Source: Smithellaceae bacterium (GTDB taxonomy: Bacteria; Desulfobacterota; Syntrophia; Syntrophales; Smithellaceae). From it: a stretch of 64,000 bases of DNA. The notes beneath the pieces were generated by a model. It ran no database searches and was not told where the DNA came from. It saw only the letters and a list, made by a program, of their open reading frames with translations. The translations under genes were made by a program, and so were the position numbers. Positions 9,727 through 20,266 of the stretch are shown here, in pieces. Location: NCBI GenBank assembly GCA_963667845.2, contig CAXXVL010000001.1:96001-160000 (forward strand), written 5' to 3'. The first letter of the stretch is position 1; each line of letters opens with the position of its first letter.

Positions 9727-10824
9727 ATGAGAATTGCTGTTTTAACGGGCGGCGGCGACTGCCCGGGCTTAAACGGTGCGATCAAATGGGTGACCAAAAC
9801 GGCTCTTGATCCTCTTCTCGGGAAGAAGCGGTCCGTCACCTTTGACGTCATCGGCATTAAAGACGGGTGGAAGGGCCTTGCGGAGGTCGATCCCGAAATC
9901 CCGGAGAGCCGGGCCCGGCATACGGTGAAGCTGGACGAAGAAATCGTGCGCACGTGGGACCGCCATGGAGGAACCAATCTCGGAACGTCCCGGACCAATC
10001 CTTTTAATCCCGGGAAGGACGCGTCGGCAAAAGTTCTGGAGAATATCGCCAGGCTGGGCATTGACGTTATTGTGGCCATCGGCGGCGAGGATACCCTGGG
10101 TGTGGCCGCCAAACTACACCGCCTCGGCATCAAGACTATCGGCATTCCCAAGACCATCGACGGTGATCTGGTGGGTACCGACTATTCACTGGGCTTCGAT
10201 TCGGCGGTGAATATCATCATGGAAGAAATCGACCGTCTCCGGACAACCGCCGGTTCCCATAACCGGATATTTGTCGTGGAGACCATGGGCCGGCATGCGG
10301 GCTGGCTCGCCCTGCAGGGCGGCGAGTGCAGCGGCGCTTACATCATTCTGATTCCCGAGCACCCTTTTGATATGGAGCGGGTCTGCGCGCTTCTCGAGGA
10401 ACGCCGCGGCCGGGAGGTTCAGTACAGCATCATCGTCGTGTCCGAGGGAGCGAAGATGACCAGCCATGAAGAATTCTGCAAGAATAATAAATTGGACGAG
10501 TTCGGGCACCGGTCACTGGGCGGCATTGCCGCTTATATCGCGCAGGAAATCGAGGGGAAAACGGGACTGGAAACCCGCTACGTGATTTTGAGCCATCTGC
10601 AACGGGGCGGGGCGCCGTCGGCCCGGGACCGGCTGATGGCCCGGTGGTTCGGGATCGCGGCCGTGGATCTGATTATCAACGAGGATTTCGGCCGGATGGT
10701 GAGCCTGCACCAGGGTGAGATCACGTCAGTGCCCATGAAAGATGTTACCGATCACCTCAATCTCATCGATGTGGATAAATATTACGATACCGAACGTTAT
10801 AACGGCAGACGATCCATCCTCTAA
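9727..10824 (+). CDS. pfkA: 6-phosphofructokinase, group III, probably PPi-dependent
   Basis: TGGGDCPGLN, GGTNLGTSR, GGEDT, PKTIDGD, ETMGRHAG, HLQRGG. Confidence 0.9.
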   Translation: MRIAVLTGGGDCPGLNGAIKWVTKTALDPLLGKKRSVTFDVIGIKDGWKGLAEVDPEIPESRARHTVKLDEEIVRTWDRHGGTNLGTSRTNPFNPGKDASAKVLENIARLGIDVIVAIGGEDTLGVAAKLHRLGIKTIGIPKTIDGDLVGTDYSLGFDSAVNIIMEEIDRLRTTAGSHNRIFVVETMGRHAGWLALQGGECSGAYIILIPEHPFDMERVCALLEERRGREVQYSIIVVSEGAKMTSHEEFCKNNKLDEFGHRSLGGIAAYIAQEIEGKTGLETRYVILSHLQRGGAPSARDRLMARWFGIAAVDLIINEDFGRMVSLHQGEITSVPMKDVTDHLNLIDVDKYYDTERYNGRRSIL

Positions 10825-10979
10825 CAGGGTGTTGAAAAACCCTGTTGGTGCAGGCTGTTCAAAGAGGCTTAGAGACAAGGCGTCGCGAGGATCGAGCAGC
10901 GGAGCGTACTCAAATGTACGTGAGCATGCGAGAGCCGAAGTGCAACGCAGGATATGAGCCTTTTTCAACAGCCTACTAA
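10821..10979. mobile_element. Non-autonomous MITE (family B) with TIRs and CTAA target duplication
   Basis: CAGGGTGTTGAAAAA (10825-10839) and TTTTTCAACAGCCTA (10961-10975) are 13/15 inverted; CTAA flanks both ends. Confidence 0.75.
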
Positions 10980-11032
10980 GGCAAGGCCGGTAAGAAGATC
11001 ACCTTCCGGGACATGACGGTTGCTTCGACTGG

Positions 11033-11134
11033 TTAATCCCGCTCACTTGGGGACGAGCGTTGATCCTCTGTAGCTTGCTACGAAATAATGACGTTCATTT
11101 CATACCTCGACGACTTGCTGCGAGGTTGTTGATT
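11033..11134 (+). repeat. Dispersed repeat family A, long form (copy 2)
   Basis: Closely similar to 41891-41991; abuts the AAGGAG RBS of the glucan synthase. Confidence 0.85.
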
Positions 11135-11147
11135 AAGGAGATAAAAA

Positions 11148-14100
11148 TTGAATTTGTTCTACGAGACAGCAGCCGACATTTTTTTATTTTTGAAAAAGCG
11201 GTTTTCGAAAAGGAGTTTCCGGAAAAAGTATTCCCGCGATGAGTTGCCTCTGCGATCGGAATTGTTCAGTTCCGAACAGATGAAGCAGTATGGCAAGAAT
11301 CTGGCAGGCCTGCATCAATTAACCCGTAAAAAAGCAACGGAGAGACTTCTGGAGAGGCTCCAGGAGAATGACGATGTTCTGATTGAAACCATCCGGCAGC
11401 TGACCGCCGTTGTGAAGGCGGGAAGCCCCGTGGCTCCGGCGGAGGAATGGCTGCTCGATAACTTTTACTTGATTGAGGAAAATGTCCGCACGGCCAAACG
11501 CCATTTGTCCCGCGGCTTCAGCCGGAGCCTGCCCTGGCTGGCCGCCGGTCCTGCGGCCGGGCTGCCCAGGGTTTATGACATCGCGCAGGAAATCATTTCC
11601 CACGGCGACGGGAGGGTGGATCTGGAAAATCTGGTCAGCTTCGTTACCGCCTACCAGTCGGTTTCCCATTTGAGGCTCGGCGAGCTGTGGGCTCTTCCGA
11701 TCATGCTGCGTCTGGCGCTCATTGAAAATCTCCGGCGCATCGGAACGCGGATCATGGCCGACATTGCCGACCGGGCGCGCGCCAATGATTGGGCGGATCA
11801 GATGGTGGATGTCGCGAGGCGTGATCCCAAAAGCCTCGTTTTGGCCATTGCGGATATGGCCCGGTCCGATCCGCCGCTGTTGAGTCCGTTTGTCGCGGAA
11901 TTTGCCCGCCGCCTGCAGGGCAAAAGCCCGGCGCTGGCCTTTCCTCTGGGCTGGATCGAACAGCGGCTTTCCGAATCGCATCTGACCATCGAACAGATGA
12001 TCCGGTCGGGAAATCAGCAGCTGGCCGCCGACCAGGCATCGGTCAGCAACAGTATCAATTCGCTCAGATTTCTCACGACGATGGACTGGCGCGAATTTGT
12101 CGAGACCATGAGCGTGGTCGAAAACGTGCTGCTCGAAGATCCCGGCGATGTCTATAGCAGAATGGATTTCGTGACCCGCGACCGGTACCGCCATGTCGTG
12201 GAAAAAATCGCCAAGAACAGTCCGCTCTTCGAGTGGGATGTCGCGCAAAAAGCCATTGATCTGGCCAGGGCGGCCCTGTCCGACAAAAGCGGCGATGAGC
12301 GGATGACCCATGTCGGCTATTATCTGATTGATAAAGGATTGCCCGAACTCGAAAAGAGCGCGCAGATGCGCGTGACTTTTGCTGAGTCCATCTGCAGAAT
12401 TCTGGGCCGTATGCCATTATTTCTCTATATGGGAAGCATTCTTCTGATCACCTCGCTTACGGCCGGATATCTGCTTTACAGGATTCATGCGGGAGGTGTT
12501 CACGGCTTTCTCATGCTGCCTATCGCGGTAATCCTGCTACTCTCGGCAAGCTGCCTGGGTGTGGCTCTGACCAATTGGCTGGTTACGCTGATGACCTATC
12601 CTCAACCTCTGCCGCGCATGGATTTCTCTCTGGAAATCCCGCCGGAATCAAGCACGCTCGTGATCATCCCCACGATGCTCAACAGTGTTCAAAATGTCGA
12701 AGACTTGATCGAAGCACTCGAAATCCGGTTTCTGACCAACCGGGAAGATAATCTGCACTTCGGCCTGCTCACCGATTTTCGCGATGCCCCTTCAGAAAAA
12801 ATGCCGGAAGATGATGAACTTTTGCGTCTGGCCGAGAGGGGGATCAAGGACCTGCATGAGAAATACCGGGGTGTCAAAGGAGGATCTTTCTTTCTTTTTC
12901 ATCGTCCGCGCCAGTGGAATCCGGAGGAAGGCATCTGGATGGGCTACGAACGCAAACGCGGCAAGCTCGCCCAGCTTAATGCCCTGCTCAAAGGAGGCGC
13001 GAAAGATTGTTTTTCCAAGATTGTCGGCGCCACGGAATTATTAGCCAACGTGAAGTATATCATTACCCTGGACACGGACACGCAGCTGCCCCGTGATGCC
13101 GCGGAAAAATTCATCGGGACGATGGCTCATCCGCTGAACCGTCCCCAGTTTGACGAATCCAAAAGAATCATTACGGCCGGCTACGGCATTCTTCAGCCGC
13201 GCTTAACCGAAAGCTTATCCGGCGTCCGGCAGACCCGGTATTCGCGCTTGTGGGGCGGGCAGACGGGGATTGATCCCTATACGCGCATGGTTTCCGATAT
13301 CTATCAGGACGTCTTCGGCGAAGGGTCTTTTGTCGGCAAGGGCATCTATGACGTTGATGCGTTTGAAAAGGTGCTCGGCGACCGTCTTCCCGAAAACCGC
13401 ATCCTCAGTCACGATCTGATCGAGGGCTGTCACGCGCGCAGCGGACTGATCTCCGACGTGGAGCTGTATGAAGAATATCCGGCAGAGTACCGGGTGGACG
13501 TGAGTCGCAGACGCCGCTGGATTCGCGGGGACTGGCAAATCGCCGGCTGGCTGAGATCCCGGGTTCCTGTTTGGGGAGGAGGATATCAAAAAAATGTCCT
13601 GTCGTGTCTTTCCCAGTGGAAAATATTCGACAACCTGCGCCGCAGCCTCGTTCCCGCTGCTCTGACGATCACGCTTGTCGCCGGTTGGGCAATGCTCGAG
13701 CCGGCCTGGCTGTGGACGCTGTTTCTGGCGGGGATTCTGCTCATTCCTGCCGCGGGCGCAGTCCTGTTGGATCTGTGTCGTAAACCGGGAGATGTGCTGC
13801 CCGGCGATCACCTGCGCGCCATCGTGCGTCAGGCGAGGAGGCATGGCTTTCAGATATTATTTACCATCGTCTGCCTGCCGTATGAGGCCCTTTACAGTCT
13901 CGATGCGATTTTACGTACCGGTTGGCGGATGCTTGTGTCTCACAAAAAATTACTGGAGTGGAATCCCTACCAAAGCCATACGCATCGGGTCACAAGCGGC
14001 CTTGCCGAATCCTGCCGTTCCATGTGGACGGCTCCCGTCCTGTCCGCACTGGTATTGATGTATCTGTTGCTGGCGAGGCCCCAGGCGCTGTGGGCCGCCT

Positions 14101-17100
14101 TGCCCGTGCTTGTCCTCTGGTTTTTCTCCCCGGTCATTACCTGGTGGGTGAGCGCGCCTTCGGTCAAAGAAGGGATCACGCTGAAGGATGAACAAATCAT
14201 CTTCCTGGGAAAAGCAGCCCGCAGAACCTGGGCGTTTTTCGAAACGTTCGTCGCCACGGGAGATCACTGGCTTCCTCCCGACAACTATCAGGAAAATCCC
14301 GGCTCGGTGATTGCGCACCGCACGTCGCCCACCAACATGGGACTGGCGCTGCTCGCGAATTTATCGGCCTGTGATTTTGGTTATGTGACGCCGGGCGAAT
14401 TTATCCGGCGCACCGCGAATACGTTCGACTCGATGGGAAAACTGGATCGCTACCGGGGCCATTTTTACAACTGGTATGATACGCAGAGTTTAAGAACACT
14501 GCCGCCGCATTATATATCAACCGTGGACAGCGGCAATCTTTGCGGCTACCTGTTGACGCTGAAGCAGGGGCTCCTGGGCCTTCCCGACATGATTTTATCG
14601 GGGAAGCGGCTGCCCGAAGGTATTGGGGACACCTTCGGAGTTCTCAAGGACGTTGCGGGGACGTCATCCCCAGAGGAGTTGGCGGAATTTCAAAAACAGC
14701 TGGAAAAGTTTACCGGTGAGCAGGAGATAACCGCGAATGAATTATGGCAGCGTCTCGACGGGCTTGCCCAGTCTGCGTCAGCGGTTGCCGCGGCATTTGA
14801 GGCCGACGGGCAAAGTGAGGCCGGCGGATGGGCGCAGGCTCTCGTCCGCCAATGCCGCGATGCGGCGGACGAATTGATCACCTTCTGCCCCTGGGCGGCT
14901 CTTTCTGTCCCGAAGGCTGATGTCGCCAGGGTTTTCGCCGAAATCGGCATTCCCACCTTGCGGGAAACGGCAAACATGACCTCCCGGTGGGTTTCCGCCG
15001 TATCCGAGATCATCGGCCCTGCCGCCGCAGACGAAGATAAGGCCTGGTCCCGCGAGTTCGAAAAACTGGTTTCTCAGGGAAGCACGCTTGCGCGGGAGCG
15101 ACTATCCATTGTCCAAACACTCATTGACAAGGCAGGGGTGCTCGCCGATATGGATTACAGCTTCCTCTATGATAAAGGACGTCAGCTGTTAACCATCGGG
15201 TATAGTGTGGGCGATCGCCGCCGGGACCACAGCTTCTATGATCTCCTGGCATCGGAGGCCAGATTTTGCAGCTTCGTCGCTATCGCGCAGGGGCAGCTGC
15301 CGAAAGAAAACTGGTTCGCCCTGGGACGGATGCTCACCAACCCGGGAGGCGATCCGGTTCTTCTTTCCTGGGACGGATCGATGTTTGAGTACCTGATGCC
15401 GCTTCTGGTCATGCCGAATTATGAAAACACGCTTCTGGACCAGACCTACAAGGCGGCGGTGAAAGGGCAGATCGCGTACGGCGAAAAAAGAGGAGTGCCC
15501 TGGGGCATTTCGGAATCCGGTTACAATACCACCGATGTTCATCTGAACTACCAGTACCGCGCCTTCGGTGTCCCCGGTCTGGGCCTCAAGCGCGGACTTA
15601 GCGATGATCTGGTGGTCGCTCCGTATGCTTCGGCACTGGCGCTGATGGTCGCGCCCGAAGAGGCCTGTCTGAATCTCCAGCGGCTGGCCACCAAAGGCAT
15701 GCTGGGAGCGTATGGCTTTTATGAAGCACTGGATTACACCGCGACGCGTTTGCCGGCCGGTGTGGTGAGCGTTGCCGTTCGATCCTTCATGGCGCACCAT
15801 CAGGGAATGAGCCTGCTGGCCATGGCGCATCTCTTGTTGAATCGCCCGATGCAGAAGCGCTTTGAGTCCGAACCGATTTTTCAATCGGCAACGCTTTTAC
15901 TCCAGGAGCGCATTCCCAAAGCCGTTTCCTTTTACAGGCAGATTGCCGAGGATATTAATATCCGGAAAGCGCCCGGCCCGCAGAAAGTTCCGACGCGGAT
16001 CATTAATACGCCCGATACGCCCGTTCCGGAGGTGCAGTTGCTGTCCAACGGCCGGTATCATGTCATGATTACCAACGCCGGCGGCGGATACAGCCGCTGG
16101 AAGAATCTGGCAGTGACGCGCTGGAGGGAAGACGGCATCCGTGATTCCTGGGGTCAGTTCTGCTATATCCGCGACCTGGCCACGGGAGAATTCTGGTCCA
16201 ATGCCTATCAGCCGACGCTGAAAAAGCCCGACCGCTACGAGGCAATCTTCTCCGACGCAAAAGTCGAATTCCGCAGGCGGGATGATGATATCAACACCTA
16301 TACGCAAATTGCCGTGTCGCCGGAAGACGATATCGAACTCAGGCGCGTCCGCGTCACCAATCGCTCCCGGAAGCGCCGGGAACTGGACATAACCAGCTAC
16401 GCGGAAGTCGTGATTGCCGAACCCATGGCCGATGCGCTCCATCCGGCATTTGGGAACCTTTTTGTGCAGGCGGAAATTATCCCCAACCGCCAGGCGATTC
16501 TCTGCACGCGAAGACCCCGCTCCAAGGATGAACCCACCTACTGGACGTTTCATCTGATGGCCGTGCACGGCGCGGACCCGGCCGAAGCTTCTTATGAGAC
16601 GGATCGCCTGAAATTTGTCGGACGCGGAAATGCACTGTCCCGTCCCGAGGCCTTGAACGGGTCGGCAGACGGTGCGAAAGCTCTGTCAGGCACGGAGGGA
16701 TCCGTTCTGGATCCGATCGTTGCCATCCGCAGGCCGATCGAACTTGCTGCCGGAGAATCGGCGACGGTGGATATCGTTTCGGGCATCGCCGAAACCCGCG
16801 CCAAAGCCCTGGCCCTGGTTGAAAAATACCACGACAACCGCCTGGCCGACCGTGTTTTCAATCTCGCCTGGACACACAGCCAGGTCATGCTCAGACAAAT
16901 CAATGCGACCCAGGAAGACGCTCATCTATACGGGCGACTGGCAGGTTCCGTTATTTACGCCAATTCGCTCCTGCGCGCCGATCCGAAAATTATCATGAAG
17001 AACCGTCGCGGCCAATCCGGCTTGTGGGGTTACGCTATCTCCGGGGATCTCCCCATTGTGCTCCTGCAGATCGGCGACCATGCCAATATTGAACTGGTCC

Positions 17101-19886
17101 GGCAGCTCCAGCAGGCCCATGCCTACTGGCGTTTAAAGGGTCTGGCCGTCGATCTCGTCATCTGGAATGAGGATAATGCCATCTACCGGCAAACACTTCA
17201 TGACCAGATTGTGGGATTGATTGCCACCAGTATGGAGGACAAGGCTGCCGACCGGCCGGGCGGCATTTTTGTGCGGCCGGGAGATCAGATATCCACCGAA
17301 GACCGCATTTTGTTTCAGAGCGTTTCCCGCGTGATCATCAGGGATGACAGTGGAACACTGGAGGAACAGCTGAGCCGGCGCAAAACGCCGGAGATCCCCG
17401 TCCCGCGTTTTCGACCGACCAAAAATCAAAGCGCGAAAAGCAAGGGGGAAGAAGCGTTTTCCTATCCGAGCTTGATTTTCGCAAACGGTACCGGGGGATT
17501 TACACCGGACGGACGCGAATATGTGATCATTACAAAACCGGGGGAGAAAACCCCGCTGCCCTGGGTGAATATCCTCGCGAATCCGCACTTCGGATCGATT
17601 ATTTCCGAAAGCGGCTCTGCCTCGACCTGGAGTGAGAATGCCCACGAATACCGCCTGACTCCCTGGAACAACGATCCGGTGAGCGATCCCAGCGGCGAAG
17701 CCTTCTATATCCGCGATGAAGAAACAGGGCAGGCCTGGTCGCCCACGCCTCTGCCTTCCGGCGGCCAAACGCCTTATATCTGCCGTCATGGTTTCGGATA
17801 CAGCGTTTTCGAGCACACGGAAGACGGCATCCACTCCGAGCTGTGGATGTTTGTGTCCCTTGATGCGCCGGTCAAGTTTATGGTGTTAAAAGTGACGAAT
17901 GAATCCGGGCGCAAACGCACCCTATCCGTTACCGGGTATCTGGAATGGGTGCTGGGCGACCTGCGGCCGAAGACGATGATGCACGTGACAACCGAAGCGG
18001 ATGCGGGAAGCGGGGCGATTTTTGCCAGGAATCAATATAACACGGACTTTGCCGACCGGGTGGCCTTCTTTGACGTGGATGATCCGGCACGGACATTCAC
18101 CTGCGACCGGGGTGAATTTATCGGCCGCAACGGCGAACTGGCGAAACCGGCTGCGATGGCGCAGGCACAGCTCTCCGGCCAGGTCGGCGCGGGTTTGGAT
18201 CCCTGTACCGCCCTGCAGGTCACTTTTGGGCTCCATCCCGGACAGCAGAACGAGAGCATTTTCCGTTTGGGTGTCACCGGCAGGCGGGGAGCCGACGATG
18301 CCAGCAAGACGGTGAAGAGTTTCCGGGGCTCGGCCGTGGCGCAAAGGGAACTGGAAGCGGTGCAGCGGTATTGGGCAAAGACGCTCGGCACGCTCGAGAT
18401 AGAAACACCCGATCCGTCTCTTAATATTTTAACAAACGGCTGGCTTTTATATCAGACGCTGTCTTCGCGGCTCTGGGCGCGCAGCGGTTACTACCAGTCC
18501 GGCGGCGCCTTTGGTTTCCGTGATCAGCTGCAGGACGTCATGGCGCTGGTTTACGCCGAACCCGCGCTGGTCCGGCGGCACCTGCTTTTGTGCGCAAGCC
18601 GTCAATTTCCGGAGGGAGACGTCCAGCACTGGTGGCATCCGCCCACCGGGCGGGGCGTGCGCACGCAGTGTTCCGACGATTACCTGTGGCTGCCTTTGAC
18701 CGTCAGCCGCTATATCAGCACGACCGGTGATGCGGACGTTTTGAATGAAAGCGTCGGCTTCCTCGAGGGCCGGCCCGTCCGGCCGGATGAAGATTCCTAT
18801 TACGATCTGCCGGGCACCACTGATGAAAAAGCGAGCCTGTATGAGCATTGCGTGCGGGCTATCCGAAGAAGCTTGAAATTCGGCAGTCATGGTCTGCCTT
18901 TCATGGGGTCCGGCGACTGGAACGACGGCATGAATAAAGTCGGGGATGAAGGCCGGGGTGAAAGTGTCTGGATGGGGTTTTTTCTGTATGAGGTGCTCGT
19001 CAAGTTTGCGGACATTGCCCGCCTGAAAGACGACGGGCCGTTTGCCGATTTGTGCACGAAGGAAGCCTCTCAGATACGGAGCAATATTGAACAAACGAGC
19101 TGGGACGGCGATTGGTACCGCCGCGCTTATACCGATGAAGGCTTATCCTTGGGATCATGCACCAGCAGGGAATGCCGCATTGATTCGGTAGCCCAGAGCT
19201 GGTCGGTCCTCTCCGGAGCGGGCGAGCCCGCGAGGGTCCGCCTGGCGATGGACGCGGTTGATAGAATTCTTGTGCACCGGGATACCAAGCTGGTTCAGCT
19301 TTTGGACCCGCCGTTCGATAAATCGGATACGGAGCCGGGCTATATTAAAGGTTATGTGCCGGGCGTGCGGGAAAACGGCGGACAATACACGCACGCGGCC
19401 ATCTGGGTGGCCATGGCTTTTGCCATGCTCGGCGACAGGAAGCGCGCCTGGGATGTCCTGGATATTATCAACCCGATTCATCATGCCCTGACTCCGAAGG
19501 ACGTGGAAATTTATAAAGTTGAGCCCTATGTTGTTTCATCCGATATCTATGCGCTTGCGCCGCATGTCGGACGCGGCGGATGGACATGGTTTACCGGCTC
19601 TGCCGCCTGGATGTACCGGCTGATCGTGGAGTCGCTTTTGGGACTCACGCTGAAAAACGGCAAGCTCAACTTTGCGCCGTGCCTGCCTGCTTCCTGGAAT
19701 GAATTCAAGATGCACTACCGGTACGGGGAAACACTCTACCATATCAGCATTCGGCAGACCACGGGAGAAAAGGGACAGACGGTTGTGACACTGGACGGTT
19801 TGATGATGCAGGATGCAGCGGTATCGCTCGTTAATGATCAGCAAGAACATACCATCGAGGTCGCCCTGCCGGTTGTTAGTGGATAG
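11148..19886 (+). CDS. ndvB: Cyclic beta-1,2-glucan synthase (NdvB/ChvB/Cgs: GT84 + central glycanase-like domain + GH94)
   Basis: 2912 aa; EWLLDNFY, GYERKRGKL, TLDTDT, LSHDLIEG, RRWIRGDWQ, YDLLASEAR, WGISES, QSGGAFGFRDQLQD, GDWNDGMN, RENGGQYTH. TTG start with AAGGAG RBS. Confidence 0.93.
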   Translation: MNLFYETAADIFLFLKKRFSKRSFRKKYSRDELPLRSELFSSEQMKQYGKNLAGLHQLTRKKATERLLERLQENDDVLIETIRQLTAVVKAGSPVAPAEEWLLDNFYLIEENVRTAKRHLSRGFSRSLPWLAAGPAAGLPRVYDIAQEIISHGDGRVDLENLVSFVTAYQSVSHLRLGELWALPIMLRLALIENLRRIGTRIMADIADRARANDWADQMVDVARRDPKSLVLAIADMARSDPPLLSPFVAEFARRLQGKSPALAFPLGWIEQRLSESHLTIEQMIRSGNQQLAADQASVSNSINSLRFLTTMDWREFVETMSVVENVLLEDPGDVYSRMDFVTRDRYRHVVEKIAKNSPLFEWDVAQKAIDLARAALSDKSGDERMTHVGYYLIDKGLPELEKSAQMRVTFAESICRILGRMPLFLYMGSILLITSLTAGYLLYRIHAGGVHGFLMLPIAVILLLSASCLGVALTNWLVTLMTYPQPLPRMDFSLEIPPESSTLVIIPTMLNSVQNVEDLIEALEIRFLTNREDNLHFGLLTDFRDAPSEKMPEDDELLRLAERGIKDLHEKYRGVKGGSFFLFHRPRQWNPEEGIWMGYERKRGKLAQLNALLKGGAKDCFSKIVGATELLANVKYIITLDTDTQLPRDAAEKFIGTMAHPLNRPQFDESKRIITAGYGILQPRLTESLSGVRQTRYSRLWGGQTGIDPYTRMVSDIYQDVFGEGSFVGKGIYDVDAFEKVLGDRLPENRILSHDLIEGCHARSGLISDVELYEEYPAEYRVDVSRRRRWIRGDWQIAGWLRSRVPVWGGGYQKNVLSCLSQWKIFDNLRRSLVPAALTITLVAGWAMLEPAWLWTLFLAGILLIPAAGAVLLDLCRKPGDVLPGDHLRAIVRQARRHGFQILFTIVCLPYEALYSLDAILRTGWRMLVSHKKLLEWNPYQSHTHRVTSGLAESCRSMWTAPVLSALVLMYLLLARPQALWAALPVLVLWFFSPVITWWVSAPSVKEGITLKDEQIIFLGKAARRTWAFFETFVATGDHWLPPDNYQENPGSVIAHRTSPTNMGLALLANLSACDFGYVTPGEFIRRTANTFDSMGKLDRYRGHFYNWYDTQSLRTLPPHYISTVDSGNLCGYLLTLKQGLLGLPDMILSGKRLPEGIGDTFGVLKDVAGTSSPEELAEFQKQLEKFTGEQEITANELWQRLDGLAQSASAVAAAFEADGQSEAGGWAQALVRQCRDAADELITFCPWAALSVPKADVARVFAEIGIPTLRETANMTSRWVSAVSEIIGPAAADEDKAWSREFEKLVSQGSTLARERLSIVQTLIDKAGVLADMDYSFLYDKGRQLLTIGYSVGDRRRDHSFYDLLASEARFCSFVAIAQGQLPKENWFALGRMLTNPGGDPVLLSWDGSMFEYLMPLLVMPNYENTLLDQTYKAAVKGQIAYGEKRGVPWGISESGYNTTDVHLNYQYRAFGVPGLGLKRGLSDDLVVAPYASALALMVAPEEACLNLQRLATKGMLGAYGFYEALDYTATRLPAGVVSVAVRSFMAHHQGMSLLAMAHLLLNRPMQKRFESEPIFQSATLLLQERIPKAVSFYRQIAEDINIRKAPGPQKVPTRIINTPDTPVPEVQLLSNGRYHVMITNAGGGYSRWKNLAVTRWREDGIRDSWGQFCYIRDLATGEFWSNAYQPTLKKPDRYEAIFSDAKVEFRRRDDDINTYTQIAVSPEDDIELRRVRVTNRSRKRRELDITSYAEVVIAEPMADALHPAFGNLFVQAEIIPNRQAILCTRRPRSKDEPTYWTFHLMAVHGADPAEASYETDRLKFVGRGNALSRPEALNGSADGAKALSGTEGSVLDPIVAIRRPIELAAGESATVDIVSGIAETRAKALALVEKYHDNRLADRVFNLAWTHSQVMLRQINATQEDAHLYGRLAGSVIYANSLLRADPKIIMKNRRGQSGLWGYAISGDLPIVLLQIGDHANIELVRQLQQAHAYWRLKGLAVDLVIWNEDNAIYRQTLHDQIVGLIATSMEDKAADRPGGIFVRPGDQISTEDRILFQSVSRVIIRDDSGTLEEQLSRRKTPEIPVPRFRPTKNQSAKSKGEEAFSYPSLIFANGTGGFTPDGREYVIITKPGEKTPLPWVNILANPHFGSIISESGSASTWSENAHEYRLTPWNNDPVSDPSGEAFYIRDEETGQAWSPTPLPSGGQTPYICRHGFGYSVFEHTEDGIHSELWMFVSLDAPVKFMVLKVTNESGRKRTLSVTGYLEWVLGDLRPKTMMHVTTEADAGSGAIFARNQYNTDFADRVAFFDVDDPARTFTCDRGEFIGRNGELAKPAAMAQAQLSGQVGAGLDPCTALQVTFGLHPGQQNESIFRLGVTGRRGADDASKTVKSFRGSAVAQRELEAVQRYWAKTLGTLEIETPDPSLNILTNGWLLYQTLSSRLWARSGYYQSGGAFGFRDQLQDVMALVYAEPALVRRHLLLCASRQFPEGDVQHWWHPPTGRGVRTQCSDDYLWLPLTVSRYISTTGDADVLNESVGFLEGRPVRPDEDSYYDLPGTTDEKASLYEHCVRAIRRSLKFGSHGLPFMGSGDWNDGMNKVGDEGRGESVWMGFFLYEVLVKFADIARLKDDGPFADLCTKEASQIRSNIEQTSWDGDWYRRAYTDEGLSLGSCTSRECRIDSVAQSWSVLSGAGEPARVRLAMDAVDRILVHRDTKLVQLLDPPFDKSDTEPGYIKGYVPGVRENGGQYTHAAIWVAMAFAMLGDRKRAWDVLDIINPIHHALTPKDVEIYKVEPYVVSSDIYALAPHVGRGGWTWFTGSAAWMYRLIVESLLGLTLKNGKLNFAPCLPASWNEFKMHYRYGETLYHISIRQTTGEKGQTVVTLDGLMMQDAAVSLVNDQQEHTIEVALPVVSG

Positions 19887-20008
19887 CGGATGGTGGATGG
19901 TGAATAGTAACCCATCATTGCGGGTTCAATCATTTTCGGGCTGTTGCCCCAAATCAAAAATTCAAGGTCTGTGAAATCTGCCTTTGAAAAAGTCCTACAC
20001 TGCTTAGG

Positions 20009-20186
20009 CTGGAGCAATCATGCTGATTGCTCCAGAATGTTTCGGTTCAAGCAGCAAGCATGAACCAACCACGAAGCTGGTTTCAGGGGCAGGTTGACAA
20101 TCTTAAGCAACCATTTTGGTTGCTCCGAAATGTTTCGGTTCAATCGCCGGACGATTGAACCAGCCGGCCGCTGTATCAGAAGCAGG
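20009..20186. repeat. Tandem double-hairpin repeat (family E), two units of about 90 bp
   Basis: Each unit has an AGCAA(T/C)CA-3nt-TG(A/G)TTGCT hairpin, then AATGTTTC, then a GGTTCA...TGAACC hairpin, ending in GCAGGT. Confidence 0.7.
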
Positions 20187-20216
20187 TGTCTCAAGTCTGC
20201 AGAGGGCCTTTACCCA

Positions 20217-20244
20217 TTGACAGCCGGGGCGTTCTTCTTATAAG
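20217..20244 (+). promoter_or_regulatory. Possible sigma70 promoter
   Basis: TTGACA-16 nt-TATAAG upstream of the TPR gene. Confidence 0.45.
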
Positions 20245-20266
20245 TCTTTCTGTACGTATGGCACTT

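Noticed and set aside
11060..11242. Short ORFs at 11060 and 41890 sharing LLRNNDVHFIPR
   Set aside because: The similarity comes from the non-coding family A repeat; there is no RBS or consistent ORF boundary.
20009..20186. Mini CRISPR array
   Set aside because: Only two units, similar along their whole length, with no repeat-spacer alternation and no cas genes.
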